Origin: a cyanobacterium endosymbiont of Braarudosphaera bigelowii
GTDB taxonomy: Bacteria > Cyanobacteriota > Cyanobacteriia > Cyanobacteriales > Microcystaceae
NCBI RefSeq assembly: GCF_020885515.1
Contig: NZ_AP024987.1
Span: 1,410,001-1,442,000 of the forward strand
Direction of reading: 5' to 3'
DNA length: 32,000 nucleotides
Positions 30,267 through 32,000 of the stretch are shown here, piece after piece (the stretch's first letter is position 1; each line of letters starts with the position of its first letter). The notes below the pieces were generated by a model. It was not told the origin of the DNA. It saw only the letters and a list, made by a program, of their open reading frames with translations, and made no database searches. A program made the translations under genes and the position numbers.

Positions 30267-31386
30267 TCAAGATTGAGTATTAACTGAGTTTACATAATGT
30301 AAATAAGCTTCGATAAATAAACTTAGATCACCATCCATCACATCGTTTATGTTTGTAGTTTCTATATTCGTTCTTAAATCTTTGACCATTTGATATGGAT
30401 GAAATACATAACTACGAATTTGAGTTCCCCAAGCAGCTTCAACGATATCACCTCTGATTTCAGCAATTTTTTGAGCTCTTTGTTCTTGAGCAATAATTAA
30501 CAATTTTGCTTTTAACAAAATAAGAGCTTTTTCTTTATTTTGTAATTGTGAACGTTCTTGCGTACATCGAACTGCAATACCTGTTGGTATATGAACAATA
30601 CGAACAGCCGTCTCTACCTTATTAACATTTTGCCCACCCTTACCGCCAGAACGTGTAGTTGTAATTTCCAAGTCTTTATCAGGAATTTCTATCTTGATAT
30701 CACCATCTTCTAGTTTTGGCATCACTTCGATTCCAGTAAAGCTTGTTTGACGTTTTCCATTAGCATTAAAAGGAGAAATTCTTACTAACCGATGTGTTCC
30801 TTTCTCTCCCTTCAAATACCCAAAAGCGTAACGACCTTCAATTTCTAATGTAGCAGATTTAATACCAGCCTCATCTCCTTCAGAAATTTCAACCAAATTA
30901 ACTTTATAGCCCTGACTTTCTCCCCATCTTCTATACATTCTCAGTAACATTTCTGACCAATCTTGAGCATCTGTTCCACCAACTCCTGTATTGATATTCA
31001 GAATAGCTCCTTTGGTATCATAAGTTCCTGATAAAAGTTGTTGCAAATCCCAACTATCTAAATTTTTCTTTAATTGTGTAAGATTACCCTGTGCTTCTTC
31101 TAGTAAGGCTTCGTCATAATCTAATATTAATAACTCTATAATGAGTTTAGTATCTTCTAACTGGTTGTACCATTGATTATATTGTTCTAATTGCGATTTA
31201 AAACTACTAAGTTTTTGTGAAACTTTTTGAGCTATATCAGGACTATCCCAAAAATCAGGCTGGATTGTGGTGTTTTCCAAATCTTTGATACTAGCCTTTA
31301 GAGCTGGTAGGTCAAAGATATTCCTGGGTTTTTCCCAGGCGTATGCTCAAAATTTCAACGTTTTTCTTCAGTTCTGTAATTTCCAT
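30267..31386 (-). CDS. prfB: Peptide chain release factor 2, expressed via programmed +1 frameshift: join(31386..31315, 31313..30267) on the minus strand
   Basis: RF2 motifs SPF ([15 protein letters not shown]) and GGQ ([11 protein letters not shown]). An upstream 24-codon frame from ATG 31386 ([24 protein letters not shown]) ends in CTT TGA C. A +1 shift continues as [18 protein letters not shown] into the tracked ORF. The joined product is 372 aa. Confidence 0.9.
31311..31325 (-). promoter_or_regulatory. prfB: prfB autoregulatory +1 frameshift site
   Basis: The minus strand reads AGGAA TAT CTT TGA C. This is an SD-like element, a 3-nt spacer, the slippery CTT, and an in-frame TGA followed by C, the same layout as the E. 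coli prfB site. Confidence 0.85.
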
Positions 31387-31496
31387 ATATTTAACTTTCA
31401 AAGTTATAATTTATCATATGCATTTTTCTATGTAGTTTATAGATATTAGTATTAAAATATATGTTCAAGTAGATTCCAATACTTAGCAGACATCAA

Positions 31497-31525
31497 TTAT
31501 AAACATTTTAAATAAATTAGTCAAA
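31497..31525 (-). promoter_or_regulatory. Near-consensus sigma70-type promoter upstream of prfB
   Basis: The minus strand reads TTGACT-(17 nt)-TATAAT (-35 at 31525-31520, -10 at 31502-31497), about 110 nt upstream of the prfB ATG. -10-like hexamers are common in AT-rich DNA, but the full -35/17/-10 match is strong. Confidence 0.4.
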
Positions 31526-31580
31526 ATTCTTTTATAGTACTTATGATCTAAAGTGTTTATCAGCAGAGATAAATTTTCTT

Positions 31581-31632
31581 GTCAACCTATTCTTAAGTTT
31601 TTATTCACATAAAAACTTAAGAATAGGTTGAC
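31581..31632. repeat. Perfect 22-bp inverted repeat with 8-nt spacer
   Basis: gtcaacctattcttaagttttt (31581-31602), attcacat, aaaaacttaagaataggttgac (31611-31632). No mismatches. Confidence 0.9.
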
Positions 31633-31727
31633 TTATTCATCGTACGTTTTGAAAAAACTTCATATACTAAATTATAGTTTATAAATTATTTATCTACTTA
31701 AGCTAATAATGTAATTTAGAATTTAGC

Positions 31728-31767
31728 AAAACATAAAAACTATTTATTCGCTTAGTTTTTATGTTTT
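31728..31767 (-). terminator. Candidate terminator of the symporter gene
   Basis: AT-rich stem (core cataaaaacta / tagtttttatg, extendable to 15 bp by A/T runs) with a 10-nt loop, 12 nt after the stop. It is followed on the minus strand by TTTTGC. Confidence 0.4.
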
Positions 31768-31778
31768 TATATTTTATC

Positions 31779-32000
31779 TTAAACTGTAATTGTTTTTTGC
31801 CAATATTTTTTTAATTCTTTCGCTACTTTATTAGATAAAAGAATACATCCTAAAATGTTAGGTATGGCTAGTGTTAACAGCATCATATCACTAAAATCTA
31901 ATACGGCTCCTAAATTTACTACTGAACCAATGAAGATACAAAACAAGAAAACTATTTTAAAAATAATAGAATTTGATTTGCCAAATATATAGATCCAACA
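31779..32000 (-). CDS. Alanine/glycine:cation symporter (AGCS) family protein, C-terminal fragment (gene continues beyond the window)
   Basis: Not in the ORF track. The minus-strand frame is open from the window edge to TAA (31781-31779): CWIYIFGKSNSIIFKIVFLFCIFIGSVVNLGAVLDFSDMMLLTLAIPNILGCILLSNKVAKELKKYWQKTITV. The FLGS-like segment plus D.sD.m...MAiPNl.g...Ls pattern matches the AGCS C-terminus as I recall it. Confidence 0.6.
   Translation of the reverse strand, partial: CWIYIFGKSNSIIFKIVFLFCIFIGSVVNLGAVLDFSDMMLLTLAIPNILGCILLSNKVAKELKKYWQKTITV

Noticed and set aside
31267-31449. Tracked + strand 60-aa ORF upstream of the long prfB ORF
   Set aside because: It lies antisense to the prfB leader frame and frameshift site, which explain this region fully.

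Overview
This is an AT-rich (about 30% GC by eye), gene-dense window of cyanobacterial housekeeping genes. I call 23 intact CDS, one CDS with a programmed frameshift (prfB), and one partial CDS at the right edge. The genes are an amidase, wecB, cysS, ftsY, rpsO, chlG, an M50/CBS protease, a membrane coiled-coil protein, fabI, ntcA, a DUF3084 protein, a YqgF-like nuclease, alaS, a BlaI/BlaR1-type (PetR/PetP-like) pair, ligA, an HlyD-type adaptor, a NarL/LuxR response regulator, a DUF1232 protein, an adenosine-deaminase-family protein, clpC, thrB, prfB and the 3' end of an alanine:cation symporter gene. On a manual read I found no rRNA, tRNA, CRISPR array, transposase, integrase, phage gene or recognisable defence gene. 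I also did not see the cyanobacterial HIP1 octamer GCGATCGC. Cyanobacterial gene content, low GC, short spacers and one apparently decayed locus suggest a streamlined or endosymbiont-type cyanobacterium (UCYN-A-like is a guess). That lineage call is inference only and needs a database search. I see no convincing novel multi-gene system. The points most worth a second look are listed here. (1) The 1.8-kb ORF-poor gap at 8837-10670 holds a stop-interrupted hydrophobic reading frame and an orphan 16-bp hairpin. (2) A perfect 22-bp inverted repeat lies upstream of prfB. (3) The prfB +1 frameshift is split by the ORF track. (4) A PetR/PetP-like repressor/protease pair is retained. (5) Several conserved genes of unknown function sit beside ntcA. 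All overlapping antisense ORFs in the supplied track are judged spurious.
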